Source: the human T2T-CHM13v2.0 reference genome, Homo sapiens
Assembly (NCBI RefSeq): GCF_009914755.1
Contig: NC_060928.1
Strand: one strand, 5' to 3'
Length of the DNA stretch: 64,000 nt
Under the pieces are notes generated by a model. That model was not told the origin of the DNA, searched no databases, and saw nothing but the letters and a program-made list of their open reading frames with translations. Positions 25,715-39,819 of the stretch are shown one piece after another; position 1 is the first letter of the stretch, and each line of letters begins with the position of its first letter. The translations under genes were made by a program, and so were the position numbers.

Positions 25715-27107
25715 TAATCTACTAGAGTTTTTGTTTAACCTTCTATATATCTGTGCTTAAATTTCTTTTCTGTTCTCTATGTTTACTTGTATTGTCTCTC
25801 CTTTTTCTTAGGCAAAATTGCATAAGATTGTTGAGATTGTTGTTTATTAACCTTCTTTAAAAATAAAAATAATTGCTGATAATGTATAGGTATAATGTAA
25901 AGAAATTTGAAATTCAAATCGGCATAATTTGAAGACAATAAAAAATTAATAGAATTTGGAAACAAAAATTCCAGATGATTCCCAGAAGTTTCAGAGGTGA
26001 GAATGGGTGGAGGTAGAAAGTAAACAACAATATGTTAAATGTCTTTATCTTTTTCAGGAAGGGGAAGTTACAGATAATAATTTTTGAAATTATTAAGAAA
26101 GTATGTTTCAGTATGTTTGCTAAAAATTTAAAGAGAACTTCCAGAAAAACAATAAGAATGTTGAATTTCTAGACCACTGAGAAAAGATGAAAATTGAAAA
26201 TTGAATTAATCATGAAAATCAAAAAACAGATGATTACACAAAAAACAGAAAATAAAGCATGATAAATAACATAAAAGTAGATGGCAGGTAGAAGTAGACA
26301 TACAGAAAGTAAAATTTAACTCACTTAAAGAAACCAAAAGGATCATTTCTTAGCAACTGATCAACTTGCACAAACTAAAAAAAAGCACCATTTTAGATAT
26401 ATCAATAAGTAGAAATTAGAGAACATTTTAACAAATAACAGCACATGATTAAATTCTCATTGATATAGTGAAATCTAATACATTTTCTTTTGACTACTCT
26501 TTCTTTAAACAATTAAGGACTCTGCCATCCATAGAAAAAAGGGAAAGGCTTCTCACTGGTTTACTGAATCTAGTAATTCATAGCTGAAAATTTCAATGAC
26601 ACAACACTTTCTGATAATTAGTCTTTAAACTGGATGTCAAGTGCTCCTGGTAGATAATAACTTTCCAAGGGATACACAGGCTGTAAGTGAATCAATTTTT
26701 ATATCCTCAAATTTCACATATATTATTTCTTAAAAATAATCTTGCTGCTATCAAGATCAAACTTCTCTTTCAAAATTTCTCTTCTCTCACTTCACAAAAA
26801 GCATATCTTGCACTCACTCCAAATCCTACCGCAGTGCATTCCTCCAAAGTTTGAAAGCCTCTAAAGGGGACAAAAGAAAAATTCAAAATATATGATAGCA
26901 ATGAAGCTTCCTTAATCCAAGCAACACAAACCCAACCCATTGGTCTAATTAAGAAATGAGAGCTTTGGTAAACTTTTATTTTCTATGTTTAATAATTATT
27001 TAATAATTTTATTAAATATTTTGCTGTTTATTATCAGTTGTATACTAGAAATTATAAATTCCAGAGACACCTGAAACTTGTTAGCATAATTTCTCTCTCT
27101 CCATGTA

Positions 27108-27200
27108 CGTGTGTGTGTGTATCTGTATATATGCATACATGTGTATATGTATGTGTGTATGTGTGCATATATGTGTGTGTATATATACATATACACACAT
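27108..27200. repeat. (TG/TA)n compound microsatellite
   Basis: Direct reading. Confidence 0.9.
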
Positions 27201-28082
27201 ATTTTTAAGGCATAATAACATTGAGATTCCGTGGGGGAAGAAAATTTAAAATACAACTTCAAGGAGAAAAAAAAACTGTAAAATTTCTGGTCAAAGAAGT
27301 ATTTTTTGTTCATGTATTTTTTAAAATGGATAGCTGAATCAAATTACTATATTTATATTTCACTGGATATAATTAAGAGTGGTATAACTGTTTTATATTC
27401 AAATGTCATACAAATATACCAGAAATTAAGTCCTTTGCAGCTATTTAAATGTAAAATAGATATCAGATACACTTAATTTTAGATCTCTATTAAAGCAGTG
27501 AGAATATACAATTTTTAAAATTTTTTTAAGGATTAATACGCTAACAAACATGTTCAAAAACAATGCTATATTGGAACATATGCTACTGGATCCACATAAA
27601 GTGTAAATATAATGGAATTTCCGTCATGACTACTTAGTCTATCTCAATGAATTTAACTGATCTCAACACATTCTCTATCAACAATCTACGAACAATATGC
27701 TCATATGCTAGACTTTGTCAGACATTATGTAATGCATCAATAAATAATGCCTTTTACTTTCTGTTCACTTTAAGCATATCTGTATTAGTTACCATTCACA
27801 TTTCCTTTTTTATTATCTCATTTCTGTCTTTCCCATTATGAAAAGGCTTTCTAATACCATTTTGATTCTCAGTATTTCCAAGGACTAATCCTCATGCATC
27901 ATAGAACTGGCTGGAGGACAGATCTCTGAAATTCCTATTTATGAGGCTCAAATCTTATAACAGCTTCAAAGTTTCCTGGATTGATTTCTACAAATAAGTC
28001 CTTTATTAAAGATTTTTTGTGATTCAAAATAGACATGATGAAAAAAAGATCCTCGGCACTAGTCACATACCTGTTTATAATT

Positions 28083-28118
<36 letters not shown>

Positions 28119-28131
28119 TATATATATATAC
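28083..28131. repeat. (TA)n(CA)n(TA)n microsatellite
   Basis: Direct reading. Confidence 0.9.
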
Positions 28132-28444
28132 TGAAAATATACATATATGTTCTTATATGAAATCCAATTTCCCTTCAGTGGGAAATTATAAAAATATTCA
28201 AGTATATTTAATCAAATAGCTAAACAATTCTCATTTAAATACTATTTGATGGCAAATTGCAGATTATGTTATCCAATTTGTTATAGTAACATTAAATTAC
28301 TGAATTACTTGTAAGACTATTTAAAATGCAATTATAAAGTCTTTTGATGCTTTTCTTGATTGATAAGTATTACAGAAATATTGAAAGCTGCAACAAACTT
28401 TGTTCACTTAATCTAGAGTGTGTTTCTCATCTAAAATCACTTCT

Positions 28445-29255
28445 TTTTTAGCTTTAATTAGGTATAATCAATATAAAAAATCTTCTTCAGTTTGGACATA
28501 TGCATGTATCTGTGATACCATTACCACAACCAAGGTGCTAAATATATCCATCACCTCCAAAAATTTCCTTGTGTTCTTTTCTGAGGTTTGTTTGTTTGTT
28601 TTGTTATGTTCTGTTTCTGTTTTCATTTGGCTTTGGTAAGAACACAAATAAGATCTATACCCTCAACATATTTTGAAGTATATAGTACCATATTGTTAAC
28701 TATAGGTACTGTATTGTACGGTAGATCTCTAGAACTTATTCATCTTGCATGACAGGAACTTTATACCCATTGAAAAATAATTTCCCATTTTCTTCTCCTC
28801 CCAACCCCTGATAACCACCATTCTATTTCTGCTTCCATAAGTTTGACTATTTTCGATATCTCATATAAGTGGAATCATGTAGTATTTGTCTTTCAGTAAC
28901 TGTATATATATATACACATACATACCACATTTTCTTCATCCATTCATTTAGGCTGTTTCCACATCTTGGCTATTGCAAATAATGCTGCAATGAACATGGG
29001 AGTGCAGATATTTCTTTGACATCCTAATTTCAATTATTTTGGCCATATACCCAGAAATGGGATATCTAGATCATATGGTAGTTCTACTTTTAACTTTTTG
29101 AGGAACTGTTTTCCATACTGTTTCCATATTACTTTCCACAGTGGCTGTACCATTCTACATTCCCACCAACAGTGTGCATAAGGGTTTCAGTTTCTCCACA
29201 TCCTCACCAACACTTGTTATCCTTTGTTGTTTTGACCATAGCCATTCTAACATGA
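28445..29255 (-). mobile_element. L1MA/MB 3' region, antisense
   Basis: Typical antisense L1 motifs (CATATAAGTGGAATCATG, AATGCTGCAATGAACATGGG, TTCCCACCAACAGTGT). Confidence 0.8.
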
Positions 29256-29299
29256 GGCTAAATTCACTTTTGAGTTAAATGTTAAATGGACTAAATGAT

Positions 29300-29721
29300 T
29301 GTGTTAGGCCATTCTTCCATTGCCATAAAGAAATACCTGTGACTAGGTAATTGATAAAGAAAAGAGGTTTAATTGGCTCATAGTTCTACAGGCTTTACAG
29401 GAAGCATGGGGCTGGCATCTGCTTGGCTTCTGCTGATGCCCAGGGAGTTTTCAATCATGGCAGAAGGTGAAGGGGGAACAGGCAAGTCACACAGCAACAG
29501 TAGCAGCAGAAAGCGGGGTGGGAGGGTGCCACACACTTTTAAACAACCAGATCTCATGTGAACTCAGGGCATGAGCTCATTTATCAGCAAGGGATGGCCT
29601 AAGCCATTCATGAGGGATCTGCCCCCATGATCCAAACACCTCCTACCAGATCCCACCTCCAATATTATGGATTACATCTCAACATGAGATTTGGGTGGGG
29701 ACAAATATCCAAACTATATCA
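29300..29721. mobile_element. MST-type (ERVL-MaLR) solo LTR
   Basis: TG...CA termini, MST consensus motifs, perfect 5-bp TSD ATGAT (29295-29299, 29722-29726). Confidence 0.88.
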
Positions 29722-30544
29722 ATGATGATAAATAAAAAGTAATGAACAATTTAGAAAGAAATCCAAGTAATAACACACGACTACATGTGTGTTGATGATG
29801 CTTGATGAATATGCCTAGAAAATTTTTCTCTCCTTAAACTTAGCTGAGACACACAATTTGAAGGTCAACTTTGGTGCCAATCTTCCCCTTTGTATTTCCA
29901 AAGGTAATACTAGGTTTCCTGGATCACTTCCACCAAGACAATAAAATTAAAATATGGCCAAGAAACCAGTCTCAAAGAGCAATATCTTTTAATGGCTGAT
30001 TTTGGGTGAGGAAATGTACTGGGAATGTAATGCAAGAACAAGAATAATTTTTTTTTCAAATGGAAAAAGGAGTGATAGAAACACAGTGAGCAAAAGAAGT
30101 TTAAAATTAACCACTGACCAAATTCACTTTCACATCTAATGTAGACTCTCCCTACTTTACTGCCCCATATTTTGAAAATTGAAAATTTATATCACAAATG
30201 AAGGATTAATTGGCTGTAGGACAACTGGAATTGCAACTGGGTCCAAAACTGAGCCATAAATTGAAGTAGTATCGAGTAACCAGAAACAACTTTGATTTTG
30301 AAGTTTACCCCCAACATGTGAACTTTTATTAAAACAGAAATGCTTTTTAAAATAAACATGTATTCTTTATAGAAAATAACCATATGAAGTGTTCAATATT
30401 TAAAATGAACACAGATATATAATTAAGGATATATTTTTAAATCCAAATTACTATTAGTAATCTACTCTGAGCTAGGCAATTTATATACATATTATCTTAA
30501 ATTTATAACCCTCTGAATTGTAACATTTTCCATATTTTTGTTAC

Positions 30545-31060
30545 TTCAAAATCATTACTTAGGGTGCTTTCACAGTCATTCATGACATATGCAGAGCCAG
30601 TAAAATTTTAAATTACCCAGCTGAGGTCTAACCAACAGGAGATGATCTGCCTTCTTTTTTGCTCCTCTCACACTGTAAACAAGTGTCCTTTTCACATTCT
30701 ATTTAGTGCCATGTTCTTATTGTAACTCACGCCTGAGGGAAGCTTATCTAATGCATGCATTTTCTCTCTAAGTCACACCACAACCTTTCTGCACTTAGGA
30801 ACACTACACAGCACTTCGGTACTATAAATGGGGGCCATTTTAAACAGTGAAGTCATCAGCAAAGCAAGCACAGAAATGCAAAAAAAAAAAAATTGGCACC
30901 ACACAGACTGTAAAAGAGGACAACTGTTAACAAGTATGAAAGCTGAAACAAGAAGGGAGAGCAGTGACCTCAGCTCTAGGAGCAATGGCTCAGCATTTGC
31001 TAATTCAGTGTCCACAGTGACTTTATAACTATCAAGAAAAATGAGAACCAACAGTAATTT
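30545..31060. mobile_element. Tigger4/Zombi-like TcMar DNA transposon derivative
   Basis: CCCAGCTGAGGTC...GCATTTGCTAATTCAGTGT motifs recalled from consensus. Confidence 0.6.
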
Positions 31061-31416
31061 CAATAACTCTAGAGTCCCTTAAAAGGCTACAGTGTTGAAA
31101 CATCAATCACAGAGAAAAGGTTAACTGACAGAAGCTGATACAAGCTGTATTATGACTAGTCAGAGTTATTAGACTATTTTGTTATTAGATAAAAAGCTAC
31201 ATTTCTTGTGTGACATAATATTTTCTGTGAGTAGAAAAATGTGAATAGGCTCTACTTATTACTTCTTTATAATTCTGGATCAAATCAATATGCTGCCAGT
31301 ATTTTCAAATGAATGACAGAAGCTCATTTTAAGTAAAAAGTAACTCATTAGATTAAGCATTTAAAAATTCAGATATGCTCATCAGTAACCATCCCAAATA
31401 ATTAGGTTTTCCTTAC

Positions 31417-31558
31417 TTGTAGCCAAGCTGACGACAGATCACAGCTGCATCCTTATCAGTCCATCCATCATCACAGATTGTTCCCCACTGGCCATTGATA
31501 AAAACCTCCACTCGTCCTTCTTTCTTATTTTCTCCATCCATCAGTCTGACAGGAAAAC
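31417..31558 (-). CDS. PRSS12: Neurotrypsin exon 8 (SRCR4 first half)
   Basis: [18 protein letters not shown]...[19 protein letters not shown]; TAG acceptor, GTAAGG donor; 142 nt. Confidence 0.97.
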
Positions 31559-32299
31559 CTAAGTCATGATTCAAAAGTATTAGAACAGCCCAAACATGCA
31601 AACTGATTCTAAAGCATGAGCGACTCTACAAAACACAATTGTTCTTTTTAATCAGCTATAAAATCAGATGGGAAATACTTTTTTGAGAGAGAGGAGATAT
31701 ATCAATAAAAATTTTATCCACTTTTGTATGTCTCTTGCAGCCTTGAATTCAAAGTGCTCACCTTGCTCAACCTTGTATCCCCAGACTGTGGAACAGTGCC
31801 TGGCATACAGAGGATATGCAATTGCTGTTTGTTGAATGAATGAACAGCATTATAAAACTGTGAATTATTTTATTACACCTTACTTCTAAATAGTAAAAGA
31901 ACATTAACTTGAGGTTGTTTCTGCTTCATGTCTGTTCATTTATCCATGAACAGAGAGCTAGAAGTTTATACACCAAAGACAAGATTTTTAGAACGATATA
32001 AATAGACACAATCTTGGCATTCATAGTTGGGTAACTTGATTCAAGTCTAATGCTGGAGGAGGCAAAAAAAAGAAAAGAAAAAGAAAAAAAAAAGCAGTAA
32101 ATAGGGACAGTTACCATCTAAGGCTTTCTATTGATTTTAAGGGAAAGAATTAAGTCACAAAAATTACTGAGTTAAAAGTTGAGAAACTGAACTCTAGCAA
32201 ATTAAGATTTATCTAAGTTAATACAAATGAAGGGATTTGTAAAGTGTCACATATCACCACACCAATAATTATGATTTTGAATCGAAACTCCTCACTGTG

Positions 32300-32620
32300 A
32301 CTTGCATGGGTTGAATTGTGAGGTCATTAGGGTGAGCCCTAATCAAATACGTTGGTATTCCCATAAAATTGAGAAATTTAGACATGAAGAGGATGATGTG
32401 AAGAGACACAGGGAGAGGACTGCCATATACAAGCTAAGGAGAGAGGCCTGGAGCATCTCTCTCTCTCACACAGCCCTTCCCTCACAGTTCTTTCTGAAGG
32501 AACCAACCCTACTGACATTTGATTGTGGACTCCAACCCCCAAAACTGTGAAACAATAAACATCTGTGTTTAAGTCACCTCTGTGGAACTTTGTTATAGCA
32601 ACCCAAGCAAGCTAACACTC
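32300..32620 (+). mobile_element. MLT1A-like MaLR LTR
   Basis: GGTCATTAGGGTGAGCCCTAATC...TTTGTTATAGCAACCC motifs. Confidence 0.7.
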
Positions 32621-33749
32621 ACACATCTGATTACCTAGTTACTAGAAGGGTCTCCAGCTTCAGGGCCAAGATTTGCTGTTAAGGATTTAGGGAATACAAT
32701 AAAGCATGGTAAACTTATTAGCAGAACTAGGGAGGTAGAAGTCTGCAGGTAATGGACAATATATTATTTAATATATGTTTAAACCAATATGTGAAGTTAC
32801 TAAATCAACATTGGTTAACTAAAAGAAAATATTGTTAGCAAGATGGACACACTCTATTTTTATTCTTCTGACCCATTTTTTACTTCTCCATCCTTCTGTG
32901 TTGCCCCAAGAGTTGTTGGCTCCCCAGTCTCTATCCCTAATCATGTTCACTTCATGGGACAAGGCAGTATAGCGGAATCACAGAGCAAAATCAAACTCAA
33001 CAAATGTTTATGGCGTGCCAACTCTATGTATGCACTGCTTACTATCAGCTGGATAAAAACTTGGAGTTTTAGCTGTGTCATAAAACACAATATTGAAACT
33101 TCATATTTCTCATTAATACATCTGAAATTTGGGAGTTCTTTGCAAGAACAGAAAGTGAAAAAGTGATCCTCAGATACCAAAATCAAACAAATGAAATTCT
33201 TTTATTAAAGTTTTCACTTTTTATATTTTTGGATATTTGGTTCAAAATTAAGAAAACATTTGCACATGAAATTAGATCTACATGTTCCATTCTGGTAGTT
33301 TTACAGGCACATTTTCATATACTCTGAAAATAAAAATGATAAAGTGTTTTTAAAGTATAACTTGCATGGCTTTGTAAAAATAATGCATACAATATTTCTG
33401 AACCTAATTTTAGCCATTCATTCTACAAAATCATTAAATTCCTAATTCTTGAAGGGAAACTGGATGACAAAAGTCATGCCATCCATACGTTGTCACTATT
33501 AAGTTTGTGTTGTTACAGAAATAATAATACATAGCATGTTTTATTTCCAAAATCTTAAATATATAAAGTTTTTGGAAAAGCTAAACAATCATATTGGTAT
33601 ACAGTTATCTTTAATATATATCTCAAGCTTTCAGTAGTTTTCTTTGATTTTTCCTGTAACATAATACATTATTTTTATAAAATACTACTGTCTTTTAGAA
33701 AAAAGATAAATTCTAACATGCATACATACACAGCAAAAGCCTAATTTTA

Positions 33750-34060
<311 letters not shown>

Positions 34061-35334
34061 AAGCCTAATTTTATACTGTAAAATTGAGTAAGAGGCAACA
34101 ACCTCACTGGGAAAGAAATCTTTGCCAGGACTTAATACTCTGAACTTTAGAATTAATGTAATATTAAAACGAGAAATCCATATTTTTACCATCCCAGAAA
34201 TTTCTGCCAACTCACATAACTGTATTCTTACTAGAATTACTTTTACTAATCTAGAATACTGCTTTTGAGCATTTCACCTACCACAGACCCAAAAGAGTGT
34301 CTACAGGGCTATAACTAATTTTGAGAAGTTTCCCTTGACATATAAAGTTAAGGTCCAGAAATTAGCCTTCAAATAGCTGAAAACAGCAGTAGTCCAAGAG
34401 CTCATCATTGCAGTGCCAAAGAAGTAAAAAATCTCCATTGTTTCCTAAATGCTGTTATTTATATTGTTATCCTGTTATCTCCTCCTCTAAGCTTCCCTTT
34501 TAAATATATAGTAGTTTTTAATAGGTGGAAGTAATGATCTATGAATGAACAAATAGTAATATGATTCTATCCCAAAAGGATATTTGGCTCAGATATAATG
34601 TTCTTCAGACAAATGACTTTAGTTAATAGACACATTACTGAGATTAGAACCAAAGAGATTCATAATAGTGATCATATATTTTATTAATAATTATCACCCT
34701 CAGGTTTTTAAATTTTTTAAAAATACATCTAGAGTCCTAGAATTAAAAAGATTTTCAAGGGAACAGAAAAGATTAGTTATTCCAACCATATGATGTGTTT
34801 AACAACACAGGCCTACAGAGAACTCAGGTCACATAGTATTTCATCACTGGGAGCTCACAGAGCATATCTGCGTAGATCATCCCATGATTCCAACACCTGC
34901 TATCTGGGGCTGAGAGAATCCATCTCCAGCAAACAAATTCTATCTCCCTCAACCACATCCACCACATAATCCTGGGAGGATCACAAATCTTTCAAAAGAA
35001 GGGGCAAGGGAAAAGGAGAACAAAATGAAAAGAAAGAAAAATGGAAATATGGCCTGCAAGAGATGGAATAAAAACATGTATTTCAACTTGGTATAATGCT
35101 AGATTAATGCAGTGTCACCAAGCTCTCACAGTGTACAGTACAATGAGGAATCAGCCACAGACTCTGACAAATTTAAAGTATGTAATATGGTTAATACTCT
35201 GAGGTTCAAAAAGTTGTTACTTTATAACATGAAGATTTCAGCTTCACAGTCTCCAAACAGGAGAATACAAAGGAGTTGATTCAATCCAAGGTTAAAAGTA
35301 AAGACCACCTAAGGCTATTTTAACATCTATTCAT

Positions 35335-35365
<31 letters not shown>

Positions 35366-35380
35366 TACACATACACACAG
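35335..35380. repeat. (CA)n microsatellite
   Basis: Direct reading. Confidence 0.9.
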
Positions 35381-36181
35381 ATAGATATATAATAAAGCTG
35401 TGATAGCATACAACAAAGTATTTTGAATATTTCCCTCTGTATTTTTCATTCATATATATTCTGCCCTCCTCATCAGACATTAAGAAATTTATCAAGAATG
35501 TTTAACTGCTATCTACTCTCAAGAGGATCTTTATCTATAATTATTTCAATACAGTTAGAGGAGCTAGTTACCTTTTATCCAAAAAGTCTAAAAAAATGTA
35601 AATGAAGAGTAACAGAGGTCCCTGATGGGTTTCTAAAATAACAAGTTACACTAGAAAGATGGGTGAGCTATTAACTTTAATTAATCCACTTAGAAGACCA
35701 CTGAGACACTTAAAAGAGCAATGGATGGTTGGTGACCAACGAACGACAAGGCTTCAGGACTAGAGAAGAAATGAACCATGAGACAGGGAGAGGAGAATAT
35801 TCTTATTTTAAATCCTATCCCAAATAGCTCACTAGAATTCAAGGTAAATGAAAATCAGAATAAGTGACCGAGGAGTAAGGGGAATAGATACTGCAGCTTC
35901 TTTATTCCATTTTTCAGATACAGATGATTGTAAACATTGTTAGTGAGGAACTTAATTTTCTAAGTAAAGAAAAACAATTTAGGGGTAGAAATTTCATAAT
36001 GTTGGCGCACAGACTCAAAAGATTATTTTTCTCTGCATAAAAATTACTGAAAATTAGACAGTTATGGGAAATAGACCCCAAAAAAAGCCAAAGATGAGAA
36101 ACACTTCATATTCAAGGCCAGTGGTTAGAGGTGCAATGGCTACTGAATGATGGAAACTTGAGAGCTGCAGCCAGTCCTCAC

Positions 36182-36378
36182 CCAGAGAGAGCCTGTGTCC
36201 CTCGCCGCCAGGGTAGCAGGCAATGCTAACATCTTCGCGGTGGCTGCAGTCATGCCTTCCCCACTGTCGCCTGGAACACTGAAGAAATCTGGTTTCCTTT
36301 CCTGAGCAGCTGACGTCATCCAACCATATGGGCCCTGTGCTTTCTTCAAAATGGTTGGCAGATGCTTGTTTACCATAT
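36182..36378 (-). CDS. PRSS12: Neurotrypsin exon 7 (SRCR3 second half)
   Basis: YGKQASANHFEESTGPIWLDDVSC...HREDVSIAC...RLSL; CAG acceptor, GTGAGG donor; 197 nt. Confidence 0.97.
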
Positions 36379-39162
36379 CTGTGACAATTGAATAAACACT
36401 GTGTATAGAACTTCTGTCTCTTGGTTCAGGGAACCACAAAACATTTAACACAAGCAACTTAGTTCAGTGACATGACTTCAGAGGATAAGTATCTGTTCTT
36501 TCTCCTACCTTGGGGACGCAGTTTAGAGCTATGTTCGCCCAGCCCATCACATGTTTTAATCACCTTAAAAATGTTCGATTATTTCAACGAATAACAAATG
36601 AAAAATTAATACTTTTTCCCCATTCATTCTTGTGTTTTGTCTACAAAACCAATCAGAGAGAATGCAAAGAGATCAATCTCAAATTCCTGACCATAGAAAT
36701 TGTGACCAGAAAGTGAGAACACTTTTCTCATTTTGCTTCTGATGCTCCCTCTGAACTCATTTGATTTCAGCAGCTTCTCTTTGGTCTTCTTTCAAAATAA
36801 AAAGTGTGGATTAGTTCAGTGATTGCTCAAGCACTATACCTAATCCATGATTAAATTTAGATTTCAGCCCATCAAAATCAGAATTATAATATTCTTAGCT
36901 TTTCATAAGGTATACAAATTCAACTTTAAAATGTTTATCAATTATATTTGTGTTCCAATTGAGTGTATTTGTAACACTGCACTACAGAAACAAAACCTAA
37001 ACGTATAATAAATATATATGCTGCAGAAATAGGAGAGATCTGAAAAATTTTTTAAATTAGAAATTAAGTCAATCTGCACCTTCTTTCATCCTCCCAATTT
37101 TATTTCCTTTTGTTCCATAAAATCCAAACCTCCAGAAATCACGGAGCTTAAAAATCTTTAAGACACCTTTCAGTTCTAACAGCCTACAAGATTCAACTCT
37201 TACTCATATAATAATTCCCTTACTTGATGTTTTTATTATTTCTGTACTAAGAATATGAAGAGATCTTTCTATCTGACATGAATTTTCTTCTTTTTTTATG
37301 CAAGTATTTATTAAATTTATTTGACAAAATGAATATTTTAATAAATTAAAACAATGAAAATTTTAATCATTCTATGGCTTCTCTTCCTTCTATTTTGCTG
37401 ACTAATCAACCCTTGGCTAGAAAAGTAATAAGCCTAAATCGTATATTGCTCACTTTTAACTTATAGACCATTTTTTCACGAAATACATTAGATTATCATC
37501 TGTCCATAGCAACTACACAACAGATAACAGGAAGTCATTTTACTTTGGAATTGCATTTGTACAAAAAAACCCAAAGTTTACTTTTTCTCATTACAAAAGA
37601 ATATTCTTTTTCAAAAATTCCTTTGTAAACTAGAAGCAAATGTAACACATGCTTTGACTACCTTCTAACACAATCATTTAGAGCTTTTTACACACATTAT
37701 TGAGAACATTTTTAAAATAAATGTGAATACTCTGTGCATAGATTTGTGAAACAAAATAAAATATGAAGAAAAAAATCAGTGTTGTTTTCATTAATAAAAA
37801 AATATGAAAAATAGAAATAACAGGATTTATGAATCTCTCTAAATGTGAAAATAAATAGAAATGACATGATTTTATGAATCTCTCTAAATCTGTGAAAACA
37901 GAGTATAGTTGGCAGTCTGAGATTCACTTAAATATAAAGTGATATTTATTAACTAATTCTTATCAATTGTCAGCATATTGTATTTATTTGGCTGTCATAT
38001 CATACCCTTTTACACAAAAATTACAGTAACTTCTCTGCCCAAGAAAAGACAAAATGGGGGAAATTATATGAATATTGTGTTTTCATGATAGCATTACTTA
38101 TCACAGGAAAAATTAAGCTGACCTAATATTAAGTAAATTACAGTATGAAAATTCTGTGGATATTGTTTTCATTAAAAATTGTGAGTATGTAGCAATATAA
38201 GGTTAAAAATGTGGATAAAAATTACATGTCCATTACTAGAGCTGATATGAAGTTATCTACCCAAATTATAATGATAGCATAAGGATAAAAAATTATGGAG
38301 TTTTTTATTTTCATCATTTTCCAATGGTTTTACATTACTTTTATAAATTTTAAAATATATGTTTAACATGGCTTTGCCTAGCTTGAATGAAGCTATGTTT
38401 TTAAAGTGTAGTGAATATCTTCAGTCAGCTCTAATCAAGCTAAAATGAAACAATTTTGCCAGTTTTTTTAAGCATAAGACAATTACTTCAAGCATGACAG
38501 AGAAATATGGAAAACAAGAAAGAATAGGCATTCATAGCTTTCATTCAAATATTTAACTCAAAAGCATCATTTGCAGTTACTTCGACCAACTTAAGTCTTT
38601 ACTCTGGAATGCATTATGTGTGTGACATAAAATACATGTCCCAAAGTGTGATACTCAGCTTTTAAGAGAGTGAGGTCAAAAGCAAGTTCTAAAGGTCATC
38701 TCCTAACAAGAGGGCTGTTTTTCTCAAATAAAAGTGATAATTATCATCACATTCTGAGAAAGGGAATAATGTAATACCAAAGCATTTGACACTAGACTTC
38801 TCTGCAATTTTAGACAATGATGTCAAAACTAAAAACATCCAATAGTAATGACGTGTCAGAATAAAAATGAGCATTCAAAGTCTTACTTGAATAGACACAA
38901 GGGGACTTAGAGGTCACCCCTGGCTTCAACTAATTATTCAAGAAGAGGGGTCATGGCAGGAAAGGTAAATGAAATAAACAGCAAGAGGTGGTTATTCATC
39001 ATCTTAGAAAATGTCATTATTTTTCATTGTTGTACTTCCATACACAGGTAGGAGAGAACAGGTATTTTTATTATTATAAAAATTACAAGTAGGGATTAAC
39101 ATAATAAGACTTTTAACAATATAATCTGGCATTTAACTGCCTTTATAATTAATGAACCTTAC

Positions 39163-39304
39163 TTAAATCCCAATTGTCGACAAACCACGTATGTATTCAG
39201 CTCAGTCCAGCCATCATCACAGACAGTTCCCCACTGGCCTCTGTAATATACCTCCAAGCGACCCTCATGGCTGCCTTTCCCACCTGCAAGTCTGATGACC
39301 CCAT
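39163..39304 (-). CDS. PRSS12: Neurotrypsin exon 6 (SRCR3 first half)
   Basis: [32 protein letters not shown]...CRQLGF; CAG acceptor, GTAAGG donor; 142 nt. Confidence 0.97.
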
Positions 39305-39520
39305 CTGTGATAAAGAGGAGACACAGAGACTAAGCAAATCAACTTTCAAAAAAAGGCAAAACAACATTTGTATTTCACAAGAAATATCACCATATTCAGG
39401 CCTCACTCTAGGCCTTTTGCTAAACTTACATTACATCTGTGCTAAATGACCCTCTGAGGTTATCATGTTGTTTCTGAAGTTTGACGTAACACATTTCTGT
39501 CCTAATAAAATATTCTTTCC

Positions 39521-39819
39521 AGCTGGGTGTGGTGGCTCACTCCTGTAATCCCAGCATTTCGGGAGGCTGAGGCAGGTGGATCACCTGAGGTCAGGAGTTC
39601 GAGATCAGCCTGGCCAACATGGTGAAACCCTGTCTCTACTAAAAATACAAAAATTAGCTGAGCATGGTGGCGCATGCCTGTAATCCCAGCTACTTGGGAG
39701 GCTGAGGCGGGAAAATCGCTTCAGCCCAGGAGGCAGAGGTTACAGTGAGCTGAAATCGCACCACTGCCCTCCAGTCTGGGCAACAAAGCGAGACTCCGTC
39801 TCACGGAAAAAAAAAAAAA
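39521..39819 (+). mobile_element. Alu (AluS-like), tail runs into (AT)n
   Basis: Full dimer consensus. Confidence 0.92.
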
